This document shows, one piece after another, positions 26,739 to 36,995 of a DNA stretch of 53,288 bases. Source of the stretch: a virus. Lineage: Duplodnaviria; Caudoviricetes. Both the position numbers and the translations under genes were made by a program. The stretch lies in IMG/VR virus record IMGVR_UViG_3300044499_000082, positions 1 through 53,288 of that record, one strand, 5' to 3'. Below the pieces are notes generated by a model. The model was not told the origin of the DNA, searched no databases, and saw only the letters and a program-made list of their open reading frames with translations. How positions within the stretch are numbered: the stretch's first letter is position 1; every line of letters begins with the position of its first letter.

Positions 26739-27361
26739 TGGAGCAGCACCTCGCGCACCCGCACGTCGACCGTGCCGACTTTCCATGCAGCAAAAGATCC
26801 GTTCCACTTGTCGATGGCGAACCTGACGGGGAAAAAATATTCGTATCCGGCTTTGACCGTCTGACCGCCGGAGAGCGCCGGCGTGCGCGTGATGACCCCG
26901 CTCGTGCTGTTCATCACCCAGCCGGTTGTCTCCTCCACGTTGTTGACCGAAACGCGGAGCGTCCCGGCTTTGGGCTTCTTGATCGTGCGCGTGTAGATCG
27001 CGCTGCCGATCTGATATTTTTTGATCAACTGGAAGGCGCTCTGGCCAGCGCTCGCCACCGCGATCACCTGGTCCAGGGGTGTGACGGCAGCCTCCGGAAC
27101 GCCGCTCTTGTAATCGAGCCAAAATTTGAACAAAAATTGATGCCCCTGTCCGGCCACCGCGAGGAATAGTTGGTAAAGATCGTAAATTTTTCCAATCTTG
27201 CGCGCCCCGTAGCCGACGTCCCATTCGTAGATCGGGTTGGGCCGGTCGATGTTGCTGATCTCGAATCCGGATTTCGTGGACACGATCGTAGTCAGAAATT
27301 CCGGGCCGCCTGGGGAATTGAAAGAGATATCGGTCGGAAAAATCACATCCTCGAAGAGCAT
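26735..27361 (-). CDS. Distal tail protein DUF2460
   Basis: FP.DIS..S.GGPEF.T.IV...SG.E, FQL.KKY, RTI.KP..GT, PVRF. Confidence 0.92.
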   Translation of the reverse strand: MLFEDVIFPTDISFNSPGGPEFLTTIVSTKSGFEISNIDRPNPIYEWDVGYGARKIGKIYDLYQLFLAVAGQGHQFLFKFWLDYKSGVPEAAVTPLDQVIAVASAGQSAFQLIKKYQIGSAIYTRTIKKPKAGTLRVSVNNVEETTGWVMNSTSGVITRTPALSGGQTVKAGYEYFFPVRFAIDKWNGSFAAWKVGTVDVRVREVLLQ

Positions 27362-29841
27362 CAGTATCCTCGACTGAGCGCCCGCTGCGTGGCGGTGGCG
27401 AGCGTGGCGACGATATGCCCCTGGGATCGCCGAAAGGAGCCGGGGTCGTTGGCTTGGATGATGACGCTCCCGGGACCGAAGACAACGCCGCGCCCGCCCA
27501 TCCTTTGATCGTTCGGCACAACGCGCCCGGCCATGTCGGGAACGAATAATTCGGGACCCGCTTCGCCGACGATTGCCGGCTCGGCCGCCATCAGGTGCCC
27601 GCCGTGCTGGTACCCCATGCCTTCCACCAAGTCGCCGATTCCCGATTCCCCGCTACTTGAGTCGAAAATGTCGAAAAGTCCGCTGAGGCCTCCTGCCGAT
27701 CCGCCGCCGGCCGCGGCTGCCTGAATCGCCGCAATCGCGGCGGCCTCTACAGCCTGGATGCCGGCGATCGCCGTGGCGCTCTCGGTTTCCAGTCCGGCCA
27801 TGCTGGTTGCGGAAATAGTTTCAATGGCGCCCGTGGCCGCCGCTGAAGCGGTCTCTATGGCAGCCGTGGCGGTGGCGCCGGCCGTTTCGATCGTCGCAAC
27901 ACCGGTGGTCGACAGCGCTTGGATCGCGGCGGGCGTGAGATCGGCGACTTTCCCCAGTCCGACCTGCGCCGCGGCATCGCTTACATCGAGGTCAACCCCA
28001 GGAAGTTTGGGCGCCTCTTTTTTGGTCTTTCCAAGCAGTATATCCAGTAGCCCCCCGCCTTCACCGCCGACTCCGAATATTTGGTCCTTGATCGCCTTGG
28101 TAAGGATATCGGCGAAAACCTTATTGAGAGTTTTACGGATATTCTCGGCGAAGTCTTCAAGCGATGTGAATCCCTTGTCGAGAAACTCCCCCAGCGCATC
28201 CGCGACGCTATCGAACACGCGCTCGAATACATGCTGCATCAACTGGCTCGTGTCTTCGGCGGATTTTTTCATTTTCTCGCCGGCGGATTCCCAGGCGAGC
28301 GCCGTGAGCTCGGCCGCCCGGGCGTTGACCTGCTCGACGTCCTGATTGGCAGCAATCATCGTAGAGCGCCAGGCCTCGATCACCTTCAGCCGATCAGCCA
28401 GCTCGATCTTGATGGCGGCAACGCGCTTGTCCGCCTCGTTCATGACATCGAGAGTCATCTGCCGTTCGAGTTGGAGCATCGTCTGCGCCGCCGTTTCAGC
28501 CCCTTTAATCTGATCGACCCGGACCTGATCGAGCTCGCTTCGAGTTGGCGGCCGCGCTTCGGCGAGATCGTCGATCAGCGGGCGGGTGCGCTCGATTTCC
28601 TGTTGCATGTTGCGCAGATGAACTGCCGCACTGTCGATCCTTTCGTTCCACTGCCTCTGTTTTTCCGCCGCGGCCTCGATCGCGGGGGTGAGACTTTTAA
28701 GCCCGGTATCCTGGAGCTGGTACTGGAGCGCCAATTCACGCCCCGCCCTGGCGCCCTGGGTCATGGTGACGAATTGCACCTCCAGGGCGCGCGATTGTTT
28801 CTCCAGCGCGTCGACGACGTTGGCCTGGGCGAGCGCCAGTTGGCGTTCTGCTAAAACAGCAATCTCTTTCTTGATGGCGTCGGTCAGCCCAACCTCGGAG
28901 GCTTTCACGCGCAGCAAGGCGGCGCTTTGCGCGATGGCGGCTTCGGTCCCGGAAACCAGGGCGATCCGCTGGATGCCAAGTTGATCGTTTTGCTCTCTCA
29001 GGCCCTTGGCAAATTCCAGCTGCGCGCCGCTGATCTGCGCCGCGGTCAGCTCCCGAACGGCGCTCGCAGCGGTTTGGATTTGCTGGCTGGAAGCACCAAG
29101 GTCGCCGAATTTCTTAATCAGATCCTCTGTGGCCTGGCGTCCCTCGATAAGAAATTTGGCAACCTGGTTGTCGCCGGCGCCGAGAATCTCGGTTTGCCGT
29201 TTGAACTGATCGGTAACGTCTTTCACCCGGTCCGCGCGGATCGCAGTGAGCCTTTCCTGGTAGACCTCCAGTTGCTCGTTGGTCTTTGAATTCAAGATGG
29301 ACTGCCCGCTCAACAGATCGCCGATCGCCATTGCGCCGCGCATGAAAATCCCGGCCCCAGCCCGATCGGAGAGCGTCTGCTGGAGCCGCTCCACCTCGGT
29401 TCGGAAAAACTCCAGATCGTTGCTGCGGACCGCTCGGTTGAAAGCCTCTTTCTCCGCTTTGACATTGCGGATCGCGGAGGCCATGGCCACGATCCCGATG
29501 GTCGCTGCGGCCATAGCCAAGGTGAATTTAGAAATCCCTGCGGAAAGGCCGAGCATGACGTTACCCGCCAGATTCCCGATCGGTCCTATCGCCCCGAGCT
29601 CGCCAACCAATAGCCCGATCGCGGAAGCGGCGGGTCTGACCGAACCGCTGAGTTTCTTACTTGCATTACCGACTCCCTCAAGGGACTTGCTGGTCTTGTC
29701 GCCCGCTTGACCGACGGCGCCGGCCGTGCGGTTGGCCGCACTCTCAACCTGCTGCAGGCTGGAGATACCCTGCGCCGCGCCACTATCCATGTCCGCGGCA
29801 TCTATTCCTAGTCTAACAACAGCGTCGCCAATCAGAGCCAT
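27361..29841 (-). CDS. Tape measure protein
   Basis: 826 aa Ala-rich helical; C-terminal VGEAGPELFVP...G.V.PN; position after chaperones. Confidence 0.92.
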   Translation of the reverse strand: MALIGDAVVRLGIDAADMDSGAAQGISSLQQVESAANRTAGAVGQAGDKTSKSLEGVGNASKKLSGSVRPAASAIGLLVGELGAIGPIGNLAGNVMLGLSAGISKFTLAMAAATIGIVAMASAIRNVKAEKEAFNRAVRSNDLEFFRTEVERLQQTLSDRAGAGIFMRGAMAIGDLLSGQSILNSKTNEQLEVYQERLTAIRADRVKDVTDQFKRQTEILGAGDNQVAKFLIEGRQATEDLIKKFGDLGASSQQIQTAASAVRELTAAQISGAQLEFAKGLREQNDQLGIQRIALVSGTEAAIAQSAALLRVKASEVGLTDAIKKEIAVLAERQLALAQANVVDALEKQSRALEVQFVTMTQGARAGRELALQYQLQDTGLKSLTPAIEAAAEKQRQWNERIDSAAVHLRNMQQEIERTRPLIDDLAEARPPTRSELDQVRVDQIKGAETAAQTMLQLERQMTLDVMNEADKRVAAIKIELADRLKVIEAWRSTMIAANQDVEQVNARAAELTALAWESAGEKMKKSAEDTSQLMQHVFERVFDSVADALGEFLDKGFTSLEDFAENIRKTLNKVFADILTKAIKDQIFGVGGEGGGLLDILLGKTKKEAPKLPGVDLDVSDAAAQVGLGKVADLTPAAIQALSTTGVATIETAGATATAAIETASAAATGAIETISATSMAGLETESATAIAGIQAVEAAAIAAIQAAAAGGGSAGGLSGLFDIFDSSSGESGIGDLVEGMGYQHGGHLMAAEPAIVGEAGPELFVPDMAGRVVPNDQRMGGRGVVFGPGSVIIQANDPGSFRRSQGHIVATLATATQRALSRGY

Positions 29842-29842
29842 G

Positions 29843-30184
29843 TCACTGCACCTTCCTAAAAACGCCAGGCATCATGTGCGTCAGAGCCAGAAACTTTGCC
29901 GCCACACCCGATCGGTCCTCTCCGTCCTGGATTTGCTGGAACTGGGGGAGCCAATCCGCCGCGTCGGTCTGCTTGCGATAAACATAATGGGCGAGCAGCC
30001 GCGTCTGGATGGCAACCGTCTTGTTGGAATAATCCGAGCCCCACGGTTCCAGTCTGAAATAAGTTTCCCACTCGGTCAGCATGCGAGCGGGAATCTGGCG
30101 CAGGAACTCGTCGACGTCGGGAAAGCCCAACTGGAGAGCTAGGCGGAAATAGAACCGCCGACGCGCTCCGGCTGGGCCTGCAAG
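29843..30184 (-). CDS. Tail assembly chaperone GT (-1 frame extension)
   Basis: -1 frame after slippery site reads LAGPAGARRRFYFRLALQLGFPDVDEFL...EW..Y..LEPWG. Confidence 0.8.
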   Translation of the reverse strand, partial: LAGPAGARRRFYFRLALQLGFPDVDEFLRQIPARMLTEWETYFRLEPWGSDYSNKTVAIQTRLLAHYVYRKQTDAADWLPQFQQIQDGEDRSGVAAKFLALTHMMPGVFRKVQ

Positions 30185-30570
30185 TTTTTTTCGAGACGCG
30201 CTCGTTCTTCCTTGGTCATCCCGGAGAGCCGCAGCGTCACCGTGAATATCCGATCCAACGCCGCCGCGCTCCTCTGCCCGAGGGTCTCGGCATCGTCGTC
30301 CGAAAAAAGCCTGAGCCCGCTGTCATCGACGATCGCTTTGGCGGCAACCTTGCCCCGCACGTTTTCGAAACGGTTGACCGGAATCCCCTCTTCGCCGTCG
30401 ACCGTCTTGCGGGTAATCCACGACTCCACCTCATCGCGCTCCGCCCCGGTGAGCTCGCGCACGTTGACAGCCCCGTCCCACTCCGGAATTTCCACGCGCT
30501 CAGTTCTGAGGATTTTCTTGCCGATAATTTCGTCGCGCGTCAGCATCGCGCTTTTGCCATTGAGGGTCAT
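30139..30570 (-). CDS. Tail assembly chaperone G
   Basis: VEIPEW.G.V.VR.LTG.ERD...VD..G.RLF...AALDRIF...LSG. Confidence 0.85.
   Translation of the reverse strand: MTLNGKSAMLTRDEIIGKKILRTERVEIPEWDGAVNVRELTGAERDEVESWITRKTVDGEEGIPVNRFENVRGKVAAKAIVDDSGLRLFSDDDAETLGQRSAAALDRIFTVTLRLSGMTKEERARLEKNLQAQPERVGGSISA
30184..30190 (-). other. Programmed -1 frameshift slippery heptamer A AAA AAC
   Basis: GAA AAA AAC (EKN) near the end of chaperone G, X XXY YYZ form. Confidence 0.85.
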
Positions 30571-30600
30571 GAATAAACCTCCAGCCGATTGTTTACGTCC

Positions 30601-31035
30601 TTATGGGATCGCCACGGAGCCCGTTGGTTTCAAGGTGATGTCGGCCTCCAGGAGTCCGGCCACCGCGCCCAAGATACTCACACCCACGACGTAAGCGGCG
30701 AAGGCGTAAGTTGGGGTCCCCGAGAATTGCGGCATCGCAAGTTTCCAATTTCTCAGCGTCTTCGTCTGGGCTACGCTCTGATAGCCGGTGGCGCCATTGT
30801 GAGTTGCAGCGTTGGGCAAGAAATTCACCTTGAACGTTATTTCAGGATGCCGGAGAATCGTCGGAATGATTTCTTCCCAGTCGTTAGGGCTGTCATGGTT
30901 GGTTCCGTCGAGCTGGTCGACGCTCAACAGGGGGAAAGTGAGATCCTTAACCTCCGCGATCGTGGTGAACTGTTCGGGTCCCCCGCCATCGCCCATTTGC
31001 AGCCGCAATCCTTTCGCCCATTTGCCAAGTGACAT
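30601..31035 (-). CDS. Major tail (tube) protein
   Basis: F..IAEV..L..P....D..D.T.HDS...W.E.I; TLKPTG; position. Confidence 0.85.
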   Translation of the reverse strand: MSLGKWAKGLRLQMGDGGGPEQFTTIAEVKDLTFPLLSVDQLDGTNHDSPNDWEEIIPTILRHPEITFKVNFLPNAATHNGATGYQSVAQTKTLRNWKLAMPQFSGTPTYAFAAYVVGVSILGAVAGLLEADITLKPTGSVAIP

Positions 31036-31039
31036 GGTT

Positions 31040-31258
31040 TTATTCCTCCCTGATTCTTAATGGTTCGCCGCGCGCATTCAGGATGCCGGTCTCCCGCTCC
31101 TTGGGGGTTTGCAGGACATGATCGTCTTCCAGGTGATCCGTGAGCGTAGATAGTTCAGTGGAACTGTAGCCGCAGCCGGCCGGACAATGGTAATTGTCGA
31201 GCCCAGCCCACTTCGTCACGTTGACCTCTCCAAGCTTTTCGAATCCTTTGATCCTCAT
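31040..31258 (-). CDS. Small C2H2 zinc-finger protein
   Basis: C-x3-C-x12-H-x4-H. Confidence 0.6.
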   Translation of the reverse strand: MRIKGFEKLGEVNVTKWAGLDNYHCPAGCGYSSTELSTLTDHLEDDHVLQTPKERETGILNARGEPLRIREE

Positions 31259-31650
31259 ATTTTTTTGTATGGCACCAGCACGTCGAAATTCACCGAGAAC
31301 ATTTGCCGCTCGTTTTCATCCGGGCCGATATGGAACGGGGACTGCCGCGGGCTAACGGCGAGGAAATCCGTCGCTCCAATCACGACGTTTTTGAGCGGCA
31401 CCAAAGCATCGAACGCTTGGCGGATCAGCAGCGCTGCGCGGTTATAGTCGAGCGCGCGGCTCAAAACCTGCAGGCCGCGTTGCTCATACGCAACGCCATT
31501 GTCATCGTGGGTTTCCAGCGGCGCCAGGCCGGAGGACTCCAGGAGCGCCACCCCTTCGGCCTCGACGGCGAGCGGGAAGCCGCCGGCGAACAGCGTTTGC
31601 GCTTGGATGCCGACGCCCCGTTGCTCCAAATAGGCGAGCAAATCGCTCAT
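31255..31650 (-). CDS. Tail terminator
   Basis: LQVLSRA..Y, SPF.IG.DE..R..FS.NF; position. Confidence 0.7.
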   Translation of the reverse strand: MSDLLAYLEQRGVGIQAQTLFAGGFPLAVEAEGVALLESSGLAPLETHDDNGVAYEQRGLQVLSRALDYNRAALLIRQAFDALVPLKNVVIGATDFLAVSPRQSPFHIGPDENERQMFSVNFDVLVPYKKI

Positions 31651-32081
31651 CACAAACCGATCTCCTCCTTGACCGCTAAGGCGACGCGCTGATCCATCCC
31701 CTTGATCTTCAGGTTGTAGGGCTTCTCCAAATACTTCCAACCACCGACTTTCGCCCAGTGCTTGTACTTTTTTCCCGAGGGCGACACGCCTCCGGTTTTT
31801 CCGGCTCTGGGATTTTCATGGACCGCGAGCGCGTAGGGAGCGGCCGGACCGCCGAACCCAAGATCGAATCCGAAGTGCTTGGGTCCGCCGATCGGAAGCA
31901 CAAAGCCACTCGATCTCAGGTTTCCCAAATCGATGGGAACGTATTTTTCTTTCGCATCGCCGATAATTTCTTCCGCTTCCATGAACAGTTGCTGCTTGGC
32001 CGCGATCGCGGCTTTCGCAGGCATCCGTTTGATGAGCGCTTTCACTTCCGTGAACTCGGTTTTTTTAAAGTTGGTCGCCAT
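31650..32081 (-). CDS. HK97 gp10-like tail completion protein
   Basis: VPIDLGNLRSSG...YA..VHE...KYLE.P. Confidence 0.8.
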   Translation of the reverse strand: MATNFKKTEFTEVKALIKRMPAKAAIAAKQQLFMEAEEIIGDAKEKYVPIDLGNLRSSGFVLPIGGPKHFGFDLGFGGPAAPYALAVHENPRAGKTGGVSPSGKKYKHWAKVGGWKYLEKPYNLKIKGMDQRVALAVKEEIGL

Positions 32082-32411
32082 CTAAACCAACAGCGCCACA
32101 TGATGCGCGCCGCTCTCATCCCGGACCGGCGAGACGGACAGGATCGGCGGCTGTCGCGGGCTGAAAGTGTCCGGCAGCGTCACCTGGTCCTCGACGTTGA
32201 TCACGTCGGTCGTAGCCAAGATGATTTTCCTCGAGCTCCCCACCTCTACACCTTGGGCCGTAGTCACACGCCGGTTGCTTCCCATGATCCTGGCGCGGTA
32301 GGACTTCGCCGGCCCATAAGCCGGCTTGCGAAAGGCATCCAGGCCCGTCCGTGGCGCGATCGTCACGGTATCGGCCATCATATCCGCCCAGGCTTCGATG
32401 TCGGACATCAC
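32082..32411 (-). CDS. Head closure protein
   Basis: Size, position, D.F..P.YG motif. Confidence 0.7.
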   Translation of the reverse strand: MMSDIEAWADMMADTVTIAPRTGLDAFRKPAYGPAKSYRARIMGSNRRVTTAQGVEVGSSRKIILATTDVINVEDQVTLPDTFSPRQPPILSVSPVRDESGAHHVALLV

Positions 32412-32737
32412 ACCCTGATGACCGCAACGGTCAGGTTGGTCACCGCGTCATAGGTCATCTGCACCTTTCCATTGACGTCGTTGAACCGGCTCGGAGAAAA
32501 GGGACCGATGATCCGTTCTCCGGTGGTCAGGGGCACATTGACGACGATGTTGTGATCGGTGCCCTGATCGCAGAGTTTGACGGAATCGATGGTCACGTTT
32601 CGGGCGGCGGCGTTGGTGTTCCGGAAATGGAGCAGGATGCGCCCATCGTTGGCGAACGCATCGCCGGCCACGTCGCAGGCGACGTTGGTCGGAGCCGCTG
32701 GAGTCAGGCCCGGTTGCTGTGGGGTAATTTCAGCCAT
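32408..32737 (-). CDS. Virion structural protein
   Basis: GD.F.NDG...L...N......VTI...IGPF...F. Confidence 0.6.
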   Translation of the reverse strand: MAEITPQQPGLTPAAPTNVACDVAGDAFANDGRILLHFRNTNAAARNVTIDSVKLCDQGTDHNIVVNVPLTTGERIIGPFSPSRFNDVNGKVQMTYDAVTNLTVAVIRV

Positions 32738-32775
32738 AAAAAAACCTCCTCGTTAATCGGATTCAAAAACAATGT

Positions 32776-33417
32776 TCATGCAAGCCTATTCCACTTTTGG
32801 AGCCGGCTCATCGCCCGCGGCGGGATGAAAAACTTCGCCGCGTCGCCGGTGACGTAGGTAATCGAAAGATCGCCAACCGATTTCGATTGAACGTCGGCGG
32901 CGCGCCCGGCCGACTTGAACCAATCGATCACGGTCTCCCGGGCGGCGCGCTGGACTTCCGGCGGCATATTGGTATTGGCCTGGTCCGCGGCGAGATAGCC
33001 GGCGACGTAATCCACGGTAAAGTCGGGATGCTCGCTGTTGGGGATCACATAGGCGGTCATCTTCCAGCCCACCGACGCCGTCCAACACCATCCGAGACGG
33101 CGGTACAGATGACCGGCCTCTTTGTCCTCTATCGTGTAGTCGGTGATCGGCTCAGAGTTGTGTGTCACCGACGACACGCTGACGATGGGCGTGCGCTTGA
33201 GCTGGAGAATGGCGTTCCCGTAGCCGGGCAGCGTCTCGCGATAGGTTTGCCGGCAGAGAAACTGGTATTCGCGCTGGATCGAGTCGGAGGCGTCGCGGAT
33301 AAGGTCGTTTAGGGTCGCATCCTTGGAGGTATCGCTATCCGGGATGCCGAGATCCAATTTAACGGACGCCAGCATCGTGAGCAGCACCGAGATGGCCGGA
33401 GTGACGACTTCGAGCAT
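32776..33417 (-). CDS. Head-tail adaptor (gp6/gp15-like)
   Basis: L..VK..LGI.....D..L..LI..AS..I; V.Y.AGY; P..V..A; S.SVGD.S.TY. Confidence 0.8.
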   Translation of the reverse strand: MLEVVTPAISVLLTMLASVKLDLGIPDSDTSKDATLNDLIRDASDSIQREYQFLCRQTYRETLPGYGNAILQLKRTPIVSVSSVTHNSEPITDYTIEDKEAGHLYRRLGWCWTASVGWKMTAYVIPNSEHPDFTVDYVAGYLAADQANTNMPPEVQRAARETVIDWFKSAGRAADVQSKSVGDLSITYVTGDAAKFFIPPRAMSRLQKWNRLA

Positions 33418-33424
33418 GACACGC

Positions 33425-33541
33425 TTACTTCTCCCTCACGGCGCCGCGCACCATCTTGTCGGCGCGTGGCCCCTTGAGATCTTTCTCCTTATTTCCGGCC
33501 GGTTTTTTTACCGGAGCCGGCTGGGGCTGCTTCGGTTCCAC
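33425..33541 (-). CDS. 38-aa overlapping small protein (not in ORF track)
   Basis: AGGAGG RBS + GTG; MEPKQPQPAPVKKPAGNKEKDLKGPRADKMVRGAVREK. Confidence 0.55.
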   Translation of the reverse strand: MEPKQPQPAPVKKPAGNKEKDLKGPRADKMVRGAVREK

Positions 33542-34031
33542 CTAAGACCTCCTGGGCGCCCGAGCTCGCAGCCGGTTCATTTGCAGCGGATGGCTGCAAA
33601 TTAGCGGAGGTATCCGCGCCGGCGGCGGGTTCGTTTCCAGCCGGTTTCTCGCCTTCCGCTTTGGCGGTCACGTCGATCGGCGCGCCGTCCGGACCGCGGG
33701 GACCGTCGCCGGCGGCAGGTACAGACGTCTGCGGGGTGAGCTGGCTTTCAAGCTCGATCACGCGACCCTTCAGGCCATCGCGTTCCGTTTTCACCTCGGC
33801 CAGAAGAACCTGCAGATCTTTGATTCGCTTCTCATGGTGGTCAACACAGTCTCTCAGCAGTTGCTCCCATTCAGCCGGATTCTTGGGCATTTCGGCCTCA
33901 CTCGCGGCCAGGGAAGAAACAAATTCGGCGAGCTTGGCGTTCACGTACCTGTCCGCGAGCTCGTCGGGAAATCCGGCGATCTCGCCGGCGTTGTAGGGCG
34001 ACTGCTTGGTTAAAAAGCGGACAGCTTTCAT
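33489..34031 (-). CDS. Hypothetical head-region protein
   Basis: GGAGG RBS; VRF....PYNAGEIAGF, coiled coil. Confidence 0.7.
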   Translation of the reverse strand: MKAVRFLTKQSPYNAGEIAGFPDELADRYVNAKLAEFVSSLAASEAEMPKNPAEWEQLLRDCVDHHEKRIKDLQVLLAEVKTERDGLKGRVIELESQLTPQTSVPAAGDGPRGPDGAPIDVTAKAEGEKPAGNEPAAGADTSANLQPSAANEPAASSGAQEVLGGTEAAPAGSGKKTGRK

Positions 34032-34066
34032 CGATCACCTACCTCCGGACTGTTGTTCGCCAATCT

Positions 34067-34501
34067 TTAGACCGGCAGTTCCATTGCCGGCCCGAGCACC
34101 ACTTCAGCGGCGACGGGCAGCGTGGGAGTCGTACCGCCGGTGAACGCCACCGTGACCACCGAGCGGATGAACCGCTTCACGCCGGTGAGATCGACGTTCA
34201 CTTGGGATTCCGTATTGTCGGCAGCCAACTGAGCGACGGCAGCGCCGGCAATATCGGCCCATCCGGCGGAGCCGTCCGCGCTGTCCTGCAGTTTCCCATC
34301 CGCCGTGTGAGCGCTCGGGGCGCCGGCGACGGCGCCGCGACTCAGCTTGAGGACGGAGGACTGAAAATAATTAGCACCGCCGACGCCGGCTCGATCGATA
34401 GCGGCACCGTTGATCGCGCCGGCCGCGGCATTGGCCGGATTGATGCCTTTGACGACTTTCAGATAGGCGCCAATGTTCCTGGTAAAAGCGGGACCGTTCA
34501 T
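34067..34501 (-). CDS. Capsid decoration-like protein
   Basis: G.AIDR.G, KLQDS.DG...W.D, KRFIR; follows the capsid gene. Confidence 0.65.
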   Translation of the reverse strand: MNGPAFTRNIGAYLKVVKGINPANAAAGAINGAAIDRAGVGGANYFQSSVLKLSRGAVAGAPSAHTADGKLQDSADGSAGWADIAGAAVAQLAADNTESQVNVDLTGVKRFIRSVVTVAFTGGTTPTLPVAAEVVLGPAMELPV

Positions 34502-34553
34502 GATTCTTCCCTCCTATGGATAAGAAATCTGCCTCAGCGCCTAAGCGCTTCGA

Positions 34554-35741
34554 TTAGGGAGCCCACTTGACTGCGCTCAACACCGCGACCGATGCGTCAT
34601 GGCGCATGCCGCAGTCGTGCTGCACGATGGCCCGTACCACGGTTTGATCCTGCGAGTACGCGGCGACGACATTGGTTCCGTCGTGATAAGCGGCCTCCGT
34701 CGAAGCGTCGATGATGATCGAGGTAGCATCGGCGATGACGAAGTCGGCGAAATCGACGAAATACACTTCGCTCTCGTCGGTGCCGCCGCCGAGGTTGATC
34801 GGGATCTGCGTGGTGACCCCAAACGCGAAATTCCACAGCCTGCCGGTCAGCATCTCGTCGCGGTACGCAAAATTCCCGTTAGCATCGCGCACGGTCATGA
34901 GATACATCATCGTGCGCGGCGCCATCATCCATCCGGGCCGGAGCATGCGCACGTTGGCGTTCATCAGAGCGAGCATGAGCTTGCCGAGGTCGGTGGTGAC
35001 GTTGGCCAGGTTCACCGTGCCGTTGGCGGGAATGACGTTGGCGGCTGGCGCCCAGTAACGGAGCCCCTTGGGCGTGAACTGGCTGCCGTCGTCGCGGATG
35101 AAGGCGATGTCTTCCCGCATGGCGATGCCGGAGACAAGGTCATCCCGGACGATGGCATCGACGCCGTAGGCGTTATAGCGCAGCAGATCGTTGGAGACCG
35201 GAACCAGGGCGGCGAGCTTCTTGTAGGTCAAGCGCAGCGCGCCGAAAGAAGGCTGACCCTTCGGGATATTGACGTTCTCGCCGATATACTGCGCGGTGAC
35301 GCCGCCGGTGATCTTCGGGAGCGTGATCGTTCCCATTGGCATCGGCACCTGCAGGGGATTGAGCCTGCGCACGATCGACTGGGCGCGCAGGAGCTCGATG
35401 ATCTCGGCGGAATACTGGTCCGGGATCAAAAACCCGCCGGCCGCGGCATCGCCAGCAGCCAGGGCTTTCGACACCACCTCGTCCCCCCACTGCTTCTGGG
35501 CCCAGGCGGCGGCTCGCTGCGGATCGTTATGGCCGGCAGCCAGGGCACGGATGATTCGCGCGACCACCTGCCCCTTTTCGTAACCGGGCTTTTCTTCCCT
35601 ATGGCCGCCGGAAATCAGACTTTTGAAAAAGTCCTGACTCGCGATCTGCTGAGCTTTCCACTGGGGCTCGATCTCCTTCAGGGTGTAATCCTTCAGGATC
35701 TCGGTGATGAAAGCCTTCAACTGGGTTGAGGTCATTTCCAT
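34554..35741 (-). CDS. Major capsid protein (HK97 fold)
   Basis: GGFLIP....EIIELLR, YIGE, KKLAALVPVSNDLL, ED.AFI..DG...P.GL, D.NG. Confidence 0.95.
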   Translation of the reverse strand: MEMTSTQLKAFITEILKDYTLKEIEPQWKAQQIASQDFFKSLISGGHREEKPGYEKGQVVARIIRALAAGHNDPQRAAAWAQKQWGDEVVSKALAAGDAAAGGFLIPDQYSAEIIELLRAQSIVRRLNPLQVPMPMGTITLPKITGGVTAQYIGENVNIPKGQPSFGALRLTYKKLAALVPVSNDLLRYNAYGVDAIVRDDLVSGIAMREDIAFIRDDGSQFTPKGLRYWAPAANVIPANGTVNLANVTTDLGKLMLALMNANVRMLRPGWMMAPRTMMYLMTVRDANGNFAYRDEMLTGRLWNFAFGVTTQIPINLGGGTDESEVYFVDFADFVIADATSIIIDASTEAAYHDGTNVVAAYSQDQTVVRAIVQHDCGMRHDASVAVLSAVKWAP

Positions 35742-35802
35742 GGACGATTCCTCCTTTACGTCGTTTCAAAACGCTTTCACAGCGTAATTCAAGACAAAAA
35801 AA

Positions 35803-36870
35803 TTAAATCACTCTGCCGGTCTGCTGCATGATGACCGGCGCCAACGCTTCGCGGATCCCCTGGCGAATGGCTTCGGGGTCCACCTCAAAGGACTGTTCGT
35901 CAACATCCTCGCTACCGTCGTCGAGCAACGTAAGCGTGAGGGCGGCACCTTCCTCGTTGATCACAGCTTGATCTGCCGGCGGCTTAGCGGGACCGGCATC
36001 TTCCGATTTGGCCAACCGTTTGCAGACGGGACAATTCTCGGCGGCGCCCGTGAATGATTCGGTTTTCGTCCGGTCGTCAACACCGTGGGTCAACGAGTGG
36101 GAATGGAGCGCGGGAATTTTAGGCTCGGCGTCATCTTCCTTCTCGCTCTTCGGCGTGCCGGCCAGCATCTCGTCGAGCTGGCTCTTCTCGAAGATTACAA
36201 ATACGCGATCGCTATCGCCGACCTTGGCGGCCTTTTCTAGGAGCGACCTTGGAACGTACACGCCCTTCTCTTCGCTCCATTCATCGAGCGCGCGGATCGC
36301 CCACTGCTTGATCGGATCGAGGTCGAGATTGAGAGATTTGGCGAGCTGGAGGGCTTCGGGATGGGCGGGAACCGGAACGATCGACCACTCGAGCAATTCC
36401 TGCTCGACGAAGTCGTAGCCGCGGCGCTCCTCGTTATACATCCACTTCAGCGGATCGAAGCCAACGGATGAAGCGCGCAGCACCTTCGCCTTGACGTACT
36501 GGCGCACCGTCTCGGCAAAGGCATCGACGCGCGAGGCGGCAAAATCGGCATTGGAGAGAACTTTTTCGCCTTCAACAGAGGGGGGAGAGCCCGTGGCAAC
36601 AGGGAGAGCACGGTAATTGTGGCCGAACAAAACGACGGGGTTCTTGTTGTAGTTTTCGAACCGCCAGCCGTCGACGTGGATCACGTCCTTGTCGCGGTCG
36701 GGATTCTGAGTAGAGATGACGAAGCGGTAGACGTTGCCATCCTCGTCGATCTGCTTGGTCTCTTCGATATCGGCGCTGACCAGAACCAAACAGTCCTTGG
36801 GCGTTTCGCCCTTGGTGGCGAGTTCTTTCCATTGCTTGAGGGAGAAGATTTTTCGCTGGGTGAGTTCCAC
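35803..36870 (-). CDS. HK97-family prohead protease
   Basis: DRDKDVI..DGW....Y.KNPVVLFGH, SVGF.P, ELLE.S.V.VPA.P.AL; GTG start with GAGGAG. Confidence 0.92.
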   Translation of the reverse strand: MELTQRKIFSLKQWKELATKGETPKDCLVLVSADIEETKQIDEDGNVYRFVISTQNPDRDKDVIHVDGWRFENYNKNPVVLFGHNYRALPVATGSPPSVEGEKVLSNADFAASRVDAFAETVRQYVKAKVLRASSVGFDPLKWMYNEERRGYDFVEQELLEWSIVPVPAHPEALQLAKSLNLDLDPIKQWAIRALDEWSEEKGVYVPRSLLEKAAKVGDSDRVFVIFEKSQLDEMLAGTPKSEKEDDAEPKIPALHSHSLTHGVDDRTKTESFTGAAENCPVCKRLAKSEDAGPAKPPADQAVINEEGAALTLTLLDDGSEDVDEQSFEVDPEAIRQGIREALAPVIMQQTGRVI

Positions 36871-36995
36871 GCGCCTGACTCCTCGGCGCGGGGCTGAAAA
36901 CGACAAAAGCCCCACGCAAAAACCTTTCGGTCTCCACATGAGGCCCTTACCGATGAGGCAGGCCGCCTCACAAAAACGAAGGAAACGATTCCTTA

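Noticed and set aside
27720-27940. Ala/Thr-rich 11-residue periodicity in tape measure
   Set aside because: Normal for tape measure proteins
30184-30190. Frameshift as a novelty
   Set aside because: Standard G/GT chaperone frameshift of long-tailed phages
34599-35729. Long plus-strand ORFs opposite structural genes (also 1075-2133, 4225-5175, 37624-38778)
   Set aside because: Antisense shadows caused by high-GC codon bias; the minus-strand genes carry the motifs
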